A DNA stretch of 32,000 nucleotides from Tannockella kyphosi (GCF_021054785.1 NZ_CP088239.1:480001-512000); one strand, 5' to 3'. Positions 1 to 9,797 are shown, counted from the stretch's first letter. Numbers and translations: made by a program. Notes: generated by a model from the sequence alone, not told the origin.

Positions 1-342
1 GATCAAGATGTATTAGAACAAGAATTATTAATTCAAAAGCCATTAGACCAAGTTGTATTACAATGGGCTACAAATGCTCGTGATGCTGGATTAGATGGGA
101 TAGTATGTTCCCCATTAGAATCAAAATTAATTCATGATAATTTAGGATCAGAATTCTTAACTGTTACACCTGGTATTCGGTTAGCTAGTGATAGTGTAAA
201 TGATCAAAAAAGAGTAACTACACCTGCTATGGCTAGAGAAATGACATCAAGTTATATTGTAGTTGGTAGAACAATTACAGGAGCTAGTGATCCATTAGCT
301 ACATATAAAAAAGTATATCAAGATTTTCAAGGAGAAAACTAA
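1..342 (+). CDS. pyrF: orotidine 5'-phosphate decarboxylase, C-terminal part (5' end lies outside the window)
   Basis: Frame 1 is open from the window edge to TAA at 340-342. The translation ...[16 protein letters not shown]...[20 protein letters not shown]...[14 protein letters not shown] matches the OMP decarboxylase C-terminus. pyrE follows 1 nt later. Confidence 0.85.
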   Translation, partial: DQDVLEQELLIQKPLDQVVLQWATNARDAGLDGIVCSPLESKLIHDNLGSEFLTVTPGIRLASDSVNDQKRVTTPAMAREMTSSYIVVGRTITGASDPLATYKKVYQDFQGEN

Positions 343-343
343 C

Positions 344-976
344 ATGAAAAAAACAATAGCAAAACATTTATTAGATATTCAAGCAGTATTCTTAAGACCA
401 AATGATCCTTTTACATGGGCAAGTGGAATTAAATCACCAATCTACTGCGATAATAGATTAACATTATCTTATCCTAATGTTCGTAAAGATGTAGAACAAG
501 GATTAGCAGATTTAATAAAAGAAAAATTCCCAGAAGCAGAATGCTTAATGGGTACAGCTACTGCTGGTATTGCTCATGCAGCTTTAATTGCTGATATCCT
601 AGAATTACCAATGGGATATGTACGTGGTGGTGCAAAAAGCCATGGCCGTAATAACCAAATCGAAGGAAAAGTAGAACCAGGAATGAAAGTAGTAGTAATC
701 GAAGATTTACTATCTACTGGTGGAAGTTCTATTGAATGTGTAGAAGTATTAAGAGAAGCAGGATGCGAAGTGGTAGGTTTAGTTGCTATCTTTACTTATG
801 GTTTAACAAAAGCTACTACAAACTTTGAAAATGCAAACTGTGCATATGCAACTTTAACAGACTATGAAACACTAATTGATGTAGCAAAAGACTTAGACTA
901 TATCAAAGAAGAAGATATGAATAAATTAAAATCTTGGAAACAAAACCCAAGTGATCCTAGTTGGATGGAAAAATAG
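344..976 (+). CDS. pyrE: orotate phosphoribosyltransferase
   Basis: 210 aa. Type I PRTase PRPP-binding loop [14 protein letters not shown]. The N-terminus ([16 protein letters not shown]) is typical of Gram-positive PyrE. Sits directly after pyrF. Confidence 0.93.
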   Translation: MKKTIAKHLLDIQAVFLRPNDPFTWASGIKSPIYCDNRLTLSYPNVRKDVEQGLADLIKEKFPEAECLMGTATAGIAHAALIADILELPMGYVRGGAKSHGRNNQIEGKVEPGMKVVVIEDLLSTGGSSIECVEVLREAGCEVVGLVAIFTYGLTKATTNFENANCAYATLTDYETLIDVAKDLDYIKEEDMNKLKSWKQNPSDPSWMEK

Positions 977-995
977 TGCATAGCACTATTTTTGT
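972..995 (+). terminator. rho-independent terminator after pyrE
   Basis: Hairpin tagtgc-ata-gcacta overlaps the TAG stop and is followed by tttttg. Confidence 0.6.
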
Positions 996-1076
996 TTCTT
1001 GCTTTAGTATTATATGGAACGAGTTTTATAAGTAAGTAGGATATCAGTTTTGACGGATAGCTTAGGATGATAAAAG

Positions 1077-1106
1077 TTGACATTTATTACATTTTAAGCT
1101 TATAAT
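1077..1106 (+). promoter_or_regulatory. sigma-A type promoter of the teichoic-acid export/synthesis operon
   Basis: TTGACA (1077-1082), 18-nt spacer, TATAAT (1101-1106). GGAGGAG RBS at 1124-1130 precedes the ATG at 1136. Confidence 0.65.
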
Positions 1107-1135
1107 ATCACATAAGAAACAATGGAGGAGACTGT

Positions 1136-1942
1136 ATGTTTAAAAGTCTAAAATACGTTTTTAAAGAGAATGTTAGTAATATATATAGAATATATTCTAT
1201 TTCTAGATATGAGATTATAGGGGATATGAGAGATTCAAAACTTGGTCTTTTTTGGAATTTTGCCAACCCTTTTATTCAAGTGCTTACTTACTGGTTTGTA
1301 TTCGGATATATTTTAAGTAGGGGTCAAGTAGGAGATATACCGTACATATATTGGATGCTTGGTGGTATGGTAGTATGGTTTTTTATTTCACCGTGCATTA
1401 CTGATGGATGCAATGCAATATATTCTAAGGTGAATGTTATTACAAAAATGAAATTTCCAGTCAGCATTTTACCTGCTACTGTTGTTATGAAAAAATTATT
1501 TGATCATTTCTGTATTATGATAATTTTACTTATTACATTTTTAGCAGGGGGATACTATCCTACTGTTCACTGGCTTGGACTAATATATTATGTTTTTTGT
1601 GCTATTGTTTTTGCAATTGCACTCTCTATGACAACATCTGTTTTAAATATGTTGGCACGAGATACTAGAAAATTAATTTTAGCATGTATGCGTCTTTTAT
1701 TGTATTTAACTCCTATTTTATGGGAACTACCTTCAGGAATGCCAACTGTTATTAAATACATAATGAAAGCAAATCCCATTTATTACATAGTTCAAGGGTA
1801 TAGGGATTGTTTCTTCTATCATAATGGGTTCTTATTTTACTGGAAAGAAATGATTGTGTTTTGGCTTGTTACAGCAATGCTAATGACAGTAGGAAGCTAT
1901 ATGATGTACAAATTTAAATTCAAATTTATTGACATGATATAA
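1136..1942 (+). CDS. tagG: teichoic acid/polysaccharide ABC exporter permease (ABC-2 type)
   Basis: 268 aa with about 6 predicted TM segments. Immediately upstream of, and abutting, an ABC ATPase gene, with tagD and TagF-family genes downstream. Confidence 0.82.
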   Translation: MFKSLKYVFKENVSNIYRIYSISRYEIIGDMRDSKLGLFWNFANPFIQVLTYWFVFGYILSRGQVGDIPYIYWMLGGMVVWFFISPCITDGCNAIYSKVNVITKMKFPVSILPATVVMKKLFDHFCIMIILLITFLAGGYYPTVHWLGLIYYVFCAIVFAIALSMTTSVLNMLARDTRKLILACMRLLLYLTPILWELPSGMPTVIKYIMKANPIYYIVQGYRDCFFYHNGFLFYWKEMIVFWLVTAMLMTVGSYMMYKFKFKFIDMI

Positions 1943-2755
1943 ATGGAGGAACAAATGAAACAAGAATATGCTATAGAGCTGAGAAATGTATCAAAAATTT
2001 ACACATTAAAAGCCAAAGAAAAAAAGAATAAAAAAGGGAAGCGTTTTTATGCGCTTAAGAACATAAATCTACAGATTCCTAAAGGAGAGGTAGTTGGTGT
2101 ACTTGGAACAAACGGTTCTGGTAAGTCAACATTGTCCGTGATATTAGCTGGTATATCCGAAGTAGATCAGGGGATGATTGCTGTTAATGGAGAACAAGCA
2201 CTAATTGCCATAAATGTCGGTTTAAATCAACAGTTGACAGGTTTAGAAAACATTGAACTAAAAGGAGCTTTATTAGGGTTAAGCAAAAAAAGAATTGACC
2301 AAATAACTGAAACTGTTATTGAATTTGCTGAATTGGGAGATTTTTTATATCAACCGGTAAAGAAATATTCTAGTGGAATGAAATCTCGTTTGGGATTTTC
2401 CATTAACTTAGCGTTAAATCCTGATATCATGATAGTTGATGAGGCGCTTTCGGTTGGAGATAAGACATTTGCTACGAAATGTTTAAACAAAATGAAAGAA
2501 CTAAAAAAAGAGGGAAAAACAATTGTTTTTATTTCTCATTCCCTACCTCAGGTAAAAGAGTTTTGTGAAACAGCAGTTTGGATAGAAGCAGGGAAATTAA
2601 AGGAATATGGTCCAATCAATGAGGTATGCGAACATTATTCGGATTATGTTACTGCATACAATGCACTCAGTCCTAAAGAAAAGAGTAAACTTAGTAACGA
2701 TAAGTTTGATAGTCGAGTTATAGCTGAAGAAAAAAAGAAATTTTGGAGGAAGTAA
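1943..2755 (+). CDS. tagH: teichoic acid ABC exporter ATP-binding protein
   Basis: Walker A GTNGSGKST, ABC signature YSSGMKSRL, Walker B IMIVDEALSVGD. The ATG directly follows the tagG stop. Confidence 0.85.
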   Translation: MEEQMKQEYAIELRNVSKIYTLKAKEKKNKKGKRFYALKNINLQIPKGEVVGVLGTNGSGKSTLSVILAGISEVDQGMIAVNGEQALIAINVGLNQQLTGLENIELKGALLGLSKKRIDQITETVIEFAELGDFLYQPVKKYSSGMKSRLGFSINLALNPDIMIVDEALSVGDKTFATKCLNKMKELKKEGKTIVFISHSLPQVKEFCETAVWIEAGKLKEYGPINEVCEHYSDYVTAYNALSPKEKSKLSNDKFDSRVIAEEKKKFWRK

Positions 2756-2758
2756 TAG

Positions 2759-3148
2759 ATGAAAAAAGTAATAACATATGGCACTTTTGATTTGTTTCAC
2801 AAAGGTCATTTAAATATTCTTAGGCGAGCTAAAGAATTGGGGGATTATTTGGTTGTGGCTGTTAGTAGTGATAGTTTTAATGCATTGAAAGGTAAAAAAG
2901 CTTATTATAGTGAAGAAGATCGTGTGGCAATATTGGAAGCTATCAAATATGTTGATGAAGTAATTTTAGAGTATACTTGGGAACAAAAAAAAGAAGATGT
3001 TATAAAACACGATATTGATATTTTTGTCATGGGGGATGATTGGATAGGAAAATTTGATTTTCTGAACGAGTTTTGTGATGTTGTATACTTACCTAGAACG
3101 GAAGGGGTATCTACCACAAAAATAAAAAAAGACTTAGGAGACAAGTAA
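2759..3148 (+). CDS. tagD: glycerol-3-phosphate cytidylyltransferase
   Basis: 129 aa. Begins MKKVITYGTFDLFHKGHLNILRRAKELGDYLVVAVSSD (HxGH cytidylyltransferase motif) and has RTEGVSTT near the C-terminus, colinear with TagD/TarD. Confidence 0.93.
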   Translation: MKKVITYGTFDLFHKGHLNILRRAKELGDYLVVAVSSDSFNALKGKKAYYSEEDRVAILEAIKYVDEVILEYTWEQKKEDVIKHDIDIFVMGDDWIGKFDFLNEFCDVVYLPRTEGVSTTKIKKDLGDK

Positions 3149-5533
3149 ATGAAATTGAAAAAGAGACATTTTTCTAAAAACTATCTGAATAAATCTAAAT
3201 ATCTAAAACACATTGAAAATACTGTGATAGATGATCATATGATTGTTTTGGAATCACAAAAGGGTGCAAATTTACACGGGAATATATTTTATATTTTAAA
3301 AGAACTATTATGTAATGAGGAGTACGCAGATTATAAAATTTATGTAAGTGTGACTAAAAATAACGCAGACAAGTTTCGAATTTTATTAAATCAGTATAAT
3401 CTTTCTACGAATTTATTGATTATGGGCACTGCACAGTACTATAAAATTATTTCTCAAACAAAATATATTATTCTTGATACAAGTCATGAGGCTTTTTTTA
3501 TAAAAAAAGAAGGGCAAGTAATTCTTAATGTATGGCATGGAACACCTTTGAAAACTTTAGGAAAAAAAGATTATTCTGGAATGCATACTCTCGGAAATGT
3601 ACAAAAAAGTTTTTTTATAGCTGATTTTTTATTATACCCAAGTGAATACATGATGAAACATATGATAGAAGACTATATGTTAAATAATATTGCAGAAGGT
3701 GTGTGTTTATTAGGTGGGTATCCTCGGAATGAAGCTTTTTTAAATGATGTTAACCCTGAAATTGTTGAAACGTTACAACTTTCAGGAAAAGAAGTAATAG
3801 GATATATGCCTACGTGGCGAGGATCAGTAGGAAAAGTAGATAGAAGTATTCAGATTATACATATTAGTCATTATTTACTCGAGTTAGACAAAAGTTTAAC
3901 AGAAAATCAAGTTTTATTGGTTAATTTACATCCATTTATTGGCGATGCTTTAAATTTTGAAATGTTTAAAAATATAATACCGTTCCCTAAAGAGTATGAG
4001 ACATATGATGTATTAAATGTATGTGATCAATTAATTACTGACTATTCAAGTGTTTTTTTCGATTTTGCCATTACAAAAAGAAAAATCTTGCTTTTTGCCT
4101 ATGATGAGTCTGAATATTTAACGGATCGCGGATTATATATCCAATTAGATGAGTTGCCTTTCCCAGTACTAAAAACAGTACCAGAATTAATAGATGCGAT
4201 AAATGAACCTAAGGGATATGATGAATCTGAATTTTTAAAAACATTTGCATCATATGAAAATAAGGAGGCTTCTAGCACATTACTAGAAAGAATAATCCTT
4301 GGCAAAAAAATGAAAGTGGAATTACCTATTCCTAATAATGGAAAACAGAATGTGCTGATATATAGTGGTGGTCTTGCAAAAAACGGTATCACAACAGCAC
4401 TGTTTAACTTGTTAAATGAAATAGATGTAAATAAATATAATTATTATTTAACTTTTGCTGCTAAGGCGGTAGTAAAACACAAAGATATTTTACTAAATTT
4501 ACCTAAAGGGGTTTGTTATATACCGACTGTTGAAAAAATGAATGCGGGAGTTTGTGATAAATTTCTGATTGTTCTAACCAAGAAAATCAAATTTAATGTA
4601 GACTATGATAGAAAAATTCTGGATAGGATTTATCAATATGAAATAAAGAGAACTTTTGGAAATATAAAATTTAGCAATGTTGTTCAATACAGTGGTTATG
4701 AAATGAAAAAACAAATGTTGTTTGGTAGATTTATGTGCAATAAAATTATTTATGTGCATAATAATATGGTTTCCGAAATTAATGTAAGGGGTGCTCAAAA
4801 GCCGAACATGTTAAGATATGCATATAATTCGTACGATAAAATTGCGCTTGTAACAGAAGATATGAGAGAACCTACACTGGAGTTTTGCAACAATGAGAGT
4901 AAATTTTTTGTGGCAAATAATATTATTGATTACAATAAGATTATCGAAATGTCTACGAAGCAATTTTCTTATGATGAAGATACTATTTCTACTTTAGAAA
5001 TAGAAGAATTAGAAAAAATTCTTAAAAGCGAAAGTAGAGTTTTTATTAATATAGGTAGATTTTCTCCAGAAAAAGGCCATTTTAGATTAATTGATGCTTT
5101 TGAAAAAGTTTATAGTGAAGAAGAAAATAAACCATATCTCATTATTTTGGGTGGTCATGGAGTACTTTATAACGAGACATTAGAATATGCTGTAGGGAAA
5201 AACTGTAAAGATAATATTATTATTATCAAATCCATGTCTAATCCTTTCCCATTGTTAAAAAAATGTGATTATTTTGTTCTTTCATCACTACATGAGGGAT
5301 TTGGGTTGGTATTAGCAGAAGCAGACATATTGGGATTACCCGTCATGTCTACTGATATATTAGGACCTAAATTATTTATGGAAAAACATGGTGGTTTACT
5401 TGTAGAAGAGTCGCTAGAGGGAATTGTTTTGGGTATGAAGAAAATGATGTTAGGAGAGATAAAACCACTAGGGGTTGATTATGAGTTAATGAATAAGACT
5501 TCTGTGAAACAATTTGAAGACATGTTGTTGTAG
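3149..5533 (+). CDS. bifunctional CDP-glycerol glycerophosphotransferase (TagF family) / GT4 glycosyltransferase fusion
   Basis: 794 aa. The N-terminal half has TagF-family motifs NVWHGTPLKTLG, GYPRNE, YMPTWRG and ITDYSSVFFDFA. The C-terminal half has the GT4 signature SSLHEGFGLVLAEADILGLPVMSTD. The ATG abuts the tagD stop and an AGGAGA RBS lies upstream. Confidence 0.8.
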   Translation: MKLKKRHFSKNYLNKSKYLKHIENTVIDDHMIVLESQKGANLHGNIFYILKELLCNEEYADYKIYVSVTKNNADKFRILLNQYNLSTNLLIMGTAQYYKIISQTKYIILDTSHEAFFIKKEGQVILNVWHGTPLKTLGKKDYSGMHTLGNVQKSFFIADFLLYPSEYMMKHMIEDYMLNNIAEGVCLLGGYPRNEAFLNDVNPEIVETLQLSGKEVIGYMPTWRGSVGKVDRSIQIIHISHYLLELDKSLTENQVLLVNLHPFIGDALNFEMFKNIIPFPKEYETYDVLNVCDQLITDYSSVFFDFAITKRKILLFAYDESEYLTDRGLYIQLDELPFPVLKTVPELIDAINEPKGYDESEFLKTFASYENKEASSTLLERIILGKKMKVELPIPNNGKQNVLIYSGGLAKNGITTALFNLLNEIDVNKYNYYLTFAAKAVVKHKDILLNLPKGVCYIPTVEKMNAGVCDKFLIVLTKKIKFNVDYDRKILDRIYQYEIKRTFGNIKFSNVVQYSGYEMKKQMLFGRFMCNKIIYVHNNMVSEINVRGAQKPNMLRYAYNSYDKIALVTEDMREPTLEFCNNESKFFVANNIIDYNKIIEMSTKQFSYDEDTISTLEIEELEKILKSESRVFINIGRFSPEKGHFRLIDAFEKVYSEEENKPYLIILGGHGVLYNETLEYAVGKNCKDNIIIIKSMSNPFPLLKKCDYFVLSSLHEGFGLVLAEADILGLPVMSTDILGPKLFMEKHGGLLVEESLEGIVLGMKKMMLGEIKPLGVDYELMNKTSVKQFEDMLL

Positions 5534-5928
5534 GAATAAAAACATCATGAAGTTTGGTTAAAAAAGTCGGTATATTAGAAAAACATGAAAAATAAATTAT
5601 TTTATTTTTTAGGGGAGAATATTTCATTCTTATCTTTCGCTCTGATAATTGAATCTTTATTTTGGGCTTTTTAAATTTCTATAAAAGAATATTATTTTGC
5701 ATATTTGTAGTATAGTCGTACGCAATTTAAACCGAAGTAGAAAAAATTATCAGGGTTACATAATCTTAATTTATAGTAACGTAAATAGTGAAAATTAGAT
5801 TGTACTCTATAAAATGTAAGCAGTTCTTCGCAACGAGAGGTGCTTCCTAATTTTATTAGTATGTTTAAAACGGGAAATATTACTATATCTTAACAGTTGA
5901 TATCTTTAAAAAGTTGGAGGAATTAATC

Positions 5929-7581
5929 TTGTTTGACACTGAAAATATAAAAAAATCCAGAAAAGTTTTTTGTAAAAACGATGCGGAGAAGACTGAGTTA
6001 ATATATTCTGAAATTTTTCAAAATACATCTTTTAACCAATCACCTATATTAATTAAAAGCTACGAAGGAGAATTTCCAGAATATAGTATCCGAGATATCT
6101 GTCTTGTAAAAAAACATGATCAAAGAATCACGAAAAGGCGCAATGTTAGACTTATTATTGAGCGTGGTACACATATGATAGGAGATTGTTTAGAAGTTAT
6201 GACTTATGGGTTGTCGATTTATGCATATAATTTGTCCAATCAATCAGGAATTTTAAAATGCGGATTAGGAAAAACGTATCCAGTAAGAGACGATTCTTAT
6301 GATTCTAAAAAAAGTGAGATACCTGAAAAAAACAGTTTACTTGATAAATTTATAAGACGATTAACAGTCTCAGTTATTGCATATAGAAAAAAACTTTTAA
6401 TCCATTTTAAAAACGCTATGTTAAAGATTTTACGAAGACTATATCCTTTTTTTAATGGGTTAATTATTAAAGATAAAAAAACCATTTTATTTATTTCCTT
6501 TCATGGTAGAGGATATTCAGATAATCCTAAGGCTTTACACGAATATATGTTAGAAAACTCTGAATTCAACGATTTTAAATTTGTATGGGCAATAAAGGGA
6601 TGTAAAAAGAAAAATCTAGATATACCCAATGCAAAACAAATAGAATATGCAGGATTAAAATACTTGTATTATCTTGCAAGAAGCAAATATTGGATTAGTA
6701 ATTGTAAATTACCGGCTTATGTATATAAATCTAAAAATCAAGTATATCTACAAACTTGGCATGGCACTCCTTTAAAAAGATTGGCACACGATATTATAGT
6801 ACCTGAAGATACTACTTTTTATCGTTCTGAGATATCTTTTAAAGAGATGGCAGCAACATACGATAATGATGTTTCAAAATATAACTTTATGATTTCTCCA
6901 AGTGCTTTTACCACTGAAGTGTTTCAAAGCGCATTTGCAATTAATAGAGAAAGATTAATTGAAACTGGTTATCCTCGTAATGACTGCTTATCAAATTACA
7001 AAGAAGAAGAATTAGATCAATTAAAAGATAAGTATGGAATTCCCAAAGGTAAAAAAGTGGTTCTATATGCACCAACCTGGAGAGATAATAGTTATAATTT
7101 AAAAGGATATACTTTTAAATTAGAAGTTGATTTTTCTAAGTGGCAAGAAATACTAGGAGATGAATATGTAGTTATCTTTAAACCACATTATTTAATTATT
7201 AGTGATTTTGATGTAAATGCATATCAAGGATTTGTTTATTCTATTGATGCAACTGAAGATATTAGTAGACTATATATTGTTAGTGATATTTTAATAACTG
7301 ACTATTCAAGTGTATTCTTTGATTATGCAATACTTGAAAGACCTATTTATTTCTATATGTATGATTTAGAATCATACCGTAGTGAACTAAGAGGATTCTA
7401 TATTGATATATATAAAGATTTACCAGGAGATATTTTTGAATCAGAAATAAAAATGTTAAAAGATATTCGAGATGAAAAATATGATTATAATCGTTTAGAA
7501 GAGTTTAATAAACGTTTTAATAACTGTGAAGATGGTAATGCATCTAAAAGAGTAATTGATATTTTAATGGAAGGGAAATAA
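5929..7581 (+). CDS. CDP-glycerol glycerophosphotransferase (TagF/TarF/TarL family)
   Basis: Motifs QTWHGTPLKRLA, GYPRND, YAPTWRD and ITDYSSVFFDYA. The ORF is open from TTG 5914. However, GGAGG at 5916-5920 sits 8 nt before the in-frame TTG at 5929, so 5929 is the better-supported start. Confidence 0.82.
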   Translation: MFDTENIKKSRKVFCKNDAEKTELIYSEIFQNTSFNQSPILIKSYEGEFPEYSIRDICLVKKHDQRITKRRNVRLIIERGTHMIGDCLEVMTYGLSIYAYNLSNQSGILKCGLGKTYPVRDDSYDSKKSEIPEKNSLLDKFIRRLTVSVIAYRKKLLIHFKNAMLKILRRLYPFFNGLIIKDKKTILFISFHGRGYSDNPKALHEYMLENSEFNDFKFVWAIKGCKKKNLDIPNAKQIEYAGLKYLYYLARSKYWISNCKLPAYVYKSKNQVYLQTWHGTPLKRLAHDIIVPEDTTFYRSEISFKEMAATYDNDVSKYNFMISPSAFTTEVFQSAFAINRERLIETGYPRNDCLSNYKEEELDQLKDKYGIPKGKKVVLYAPTWRDNSYNLKGYTFKLEVDFSKWQEILGDEYVVIFKPHYLIISDFDVNAYQGFVYSIDATEDISRLYIVSDILITDYSSVFFDYAILERPIYFYMYDLESYRSELRGFYIDIYKDLPGDIFESEIKMLKDIRDEKYDYNRLEEFNKRFNNCEDGNASKRVIDILMEGK

Positions 7582-7585
7582 AGAT

Positions 7586-8680
7586 ATGAAGAGAAATGAA
7601 AAGATATTATTTTGTATTTTAAGTTTATTAAATAGAATAGTACTTTTCTTTCCTATTCATAAGAATCGTATTACTTTTGTTTCTCTCGAATCAACAGAGC
7701 TGGAATCTGATCTAAAACAAATTCATGATCAACTAGGTTCGGCTTATGATATAAAGAAAGTATTAATCGCTTATAAAAAGAAAACACTAATAAACAACTT
7801 TAAATATATGTTAAATACTTTTATTCAACTATATTATATTAATACATCTAAGGTAGTCTTAATTAGTGATAATAATTATGTAATAAGTAACTTTAAAAGA
7901 GAAGGTGTAACTGTTATTCAAGTATGGCATGCTGCTGGGGCCATTAAAAAGTTTGGTAATTGTTTAGAAAGAAACTATCGTATTCAAAACTATGATTATG
8001 TATTAGCTTGTAGTCCCTATTGGATAAAGCCTTATAGTGAAGCATTTGGTGTAAGAGAAGATCAAGTAAAAGTGATAGGATTACCAAGAATAGACCATCT
8101 CTATGATGTAGAATTCAAACAACAAGCTATTCATAGCTTAACCAAAAAATACTCTCAAATTATAAATAAGAAAGTGATTTTATATGCTCCTACATTTAGA
8201 GGAAATATTTATAAAGGTTTTAGAAAACTAGATTTTGATTATGAAGAAATTATTAATCAATTAGGAGATGATTATGTTATCTTATATAAATATCACCCTT
8301 TAATTGTAGATAATGATACATTTGATAATCCTAATATCATTGATGTAACGAAAGAAGAATTATATGAGTTATTTATGATAAGTGATATGCTTATTTCTGA
8401 TTATTCTTCCATCATATTTGATTATTCTATCTTACAAAAGAAAATGATTTTCTATGTACCAGACCTAAAAGAATATCAACAAACTGTTGGTCAGTTTGTT
8501 GACTACAGTACGATGCCTGGTGCTATATGTAGAACAAGAGATAATTTAGTTTATTGTATATTAAATGAGAATAATAAAAAAACAGATGAATTTAGTCATC
8601 TGTATTTTCAATACTGTGATCAATTAAATACAATTCGTATTACCAAGTGGATTGACGAACTAATGAAAGAAGCTAACTAG
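7586..8680 (+). CDS. CDP-glycerol glycerophosphotransferase, TagB/TarB-like
   Basis: 364 aa, about the size of a TagB-type primase. Variant motifs VWHAAGAIKKFG, GLPRID, YAPTFRG and ISDYSSIIFDYS. Confidence 0.78.
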   Translation: MKRNEKILFCILSLLNRIVLFFPIHKNRITFVSLESTELESDLKQIHDQLGSAYDIKKVLIAYKKKTLINNFKYMLNTFIQLYYINTSKVVLISDNNYVISNFKREGVTVIQVWHAAGAIKKFGNCLERNYRIQNYDYVLACSPYWIKPYSEAFGVREDQVKVIGLPRIDHLYDVEFKQQAIHSLTKKYSQIINKKVILYAPTFRGNIYKGFRKLDFDYEEIINQLGDDYVILYKYHPLIVDNDTFDNPNIIDVTKEELYELFMISDMLISDYSSIIFDYSILQKKMIFYVPDLKEYQQTVGQFVDYSTMPGAICRTRDNLVYCILNENNKKTDEFSHLYFQYCDQLNTIRITKWIDELMKEAN

Positions 8681-9329
8681 CCTCTTTTTTTACTATATCA
8701 ATTACATCTTTTAATGTATCAACAATGGCAAATGTCATCTCTTGATGTTCTTTATCTGGATAAACCATATCTGGTACACAAATAGTTCTAATTTTAGCAG
8801 CATATCCTGCTTCAATACCTGCATTTGAATCTTCTAATACCAAAGCTTCATTTGGCTTCACATAAAGCTTTTTACAGGCATTTAGGAATGTGTCTGGAAA
8901 AGGTTTCCCTCTTTCTACTTCATCACCACATATTGAGTCATTAAAATATGTTTCTAAGTTTGCTAGTTGTAAGATTGTATCTACTCTAGAACGGTGGCTA
9001 GAAGTAGCAACTATAGTTTTTATATTTTCATCTTTTAAGTATTGTAATAATTCTATTAAACCTGGTTTAAGAGGAACTCCTTTTGTTTCAAAGCTATTTG
9101 CCATATATAGATGAACTTCTTTTAAGACATCCTCAAAAGGAAAATCTTCTCCATGTAAAGTCTTCATCTGACTTCTGGCAAAAGAAACAGGCTTTCCTAA
9201 GAAAGTCTTATAAAATTCTTCTTCCATTGTTTTATTATAACCTTCTAAAACATGTTGATAACCTTCCATTGTTACTAATTCACTATTAATCATTAAACCA
9301 TCCATATCAAATATAACCGCTTTTATCAT
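8673..9329 (-). CDS. HAD-IA family hydrolase (beta-phosphoglucomutase/sugar-phosphatase-like)
   Basis: Intact HAD motifs: I VIFDMDGLMINSE, II VATSS, III KPFPD, IV LEDSNAGIEAG. GGAGGA RBS upstream. Confidence 0.85.
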   Translation of the reverse strand: MIKAVIFDMDGLMINSELVTMEGYQHVLEGYNKTMEEEFYKTFLGKPVSFARSQMKTLHGEDFPFEDVLKEVHLYMANSFETKGVPLKPGLIELLQYLKDENIKTIVATSSHRSRVDTILQLANLETYFNDSICGDEVERGKPFPDTFLNACKKLYVKPNEALVLEDSNAGIEAGYAAKIRTICVPDMVYPDKEHQEMTFAIVDTLKDVIDIVKKEAS

Positions 9330-9414
9330 ATTAAATCCTCCGTTATTTAACTATATCATAAATGTCATAGAATAAAAATATTCCTTTAACATATAATTCA
9401 CTGAGGTGAAGAAA

Positions 9415-9744
9415 ATGCAAAGAGGGGATATATATTATGCGAATCTATCACCAGTGGTAGGCAGTGAACAAGGAGGATATCGTCCTGTTGTTATTATTCA
9501 AAACAATAAAGGAAATAAATATTCTACTACATTAATTATCGCACCAATATCATCTGCACCAAATAAACACCCTTTACCAACCCATGTTGTTATCCATAGC
9601 GAATACTTAGAAAAGAAATCAATCATTCTATTAGAACAAATCCGAACTATTGATAAATTACGTATGTGTCAAAAAATAGGAGAAGTATCAAAAGAACTAC
9701 AAACAAAAATAGATCAAGCAATAAAAACCAGTCTTGATATTTGA
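9415..9744 (+). CDS. mazF: MazF/PemK-family endoribonuclease toxin (EndoA/NdoA-like)
   Basis: QRGDIYYANLSPVVGSEQGGYRPVVIIQNN...LPTHVVI...ILLEQIRTIDK is colinear with Bacillus EndoA. The ORF opens at GTG 9406, but GAGGTG at 9403-9408 precedes the ATG at 9415, which favours 9415. Confidence 0.9.
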   Translation: MQRGDIYYANLSPVVGSEQGGYRPVVIIQNNKGNKYSTTLIIAPISSAPNKHPLPTHVVIHSEYLEKKSIILLEQIRTIDKLRMCQKIGEVSKELQTKIDQAIKTSLDI

Positions 9745-9797
9745 GTAGCATAGTAAACTATTTTATTGTATAATGAAGATATCAAGGAGGAATTTGT

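Noticed and set aside
5376-5627. 83-aa minus-strand ORF spanning the 3' end of the TagF-GT4 gene and the start of the intergenic gap.
   Set aside because: No RBS, and most of it is antisense to the well-supported GT4 domain. No recognisable motifs.
9083-9289. 68-aa plus-strand ORF upstream of mazF, considered as a hidden antitoxin.
   Set aside because: It lies entirely antisense within the HAD gene and ends more than 110 nt before mazF. It has no RBS and no AbrB/RHH-like pattern.
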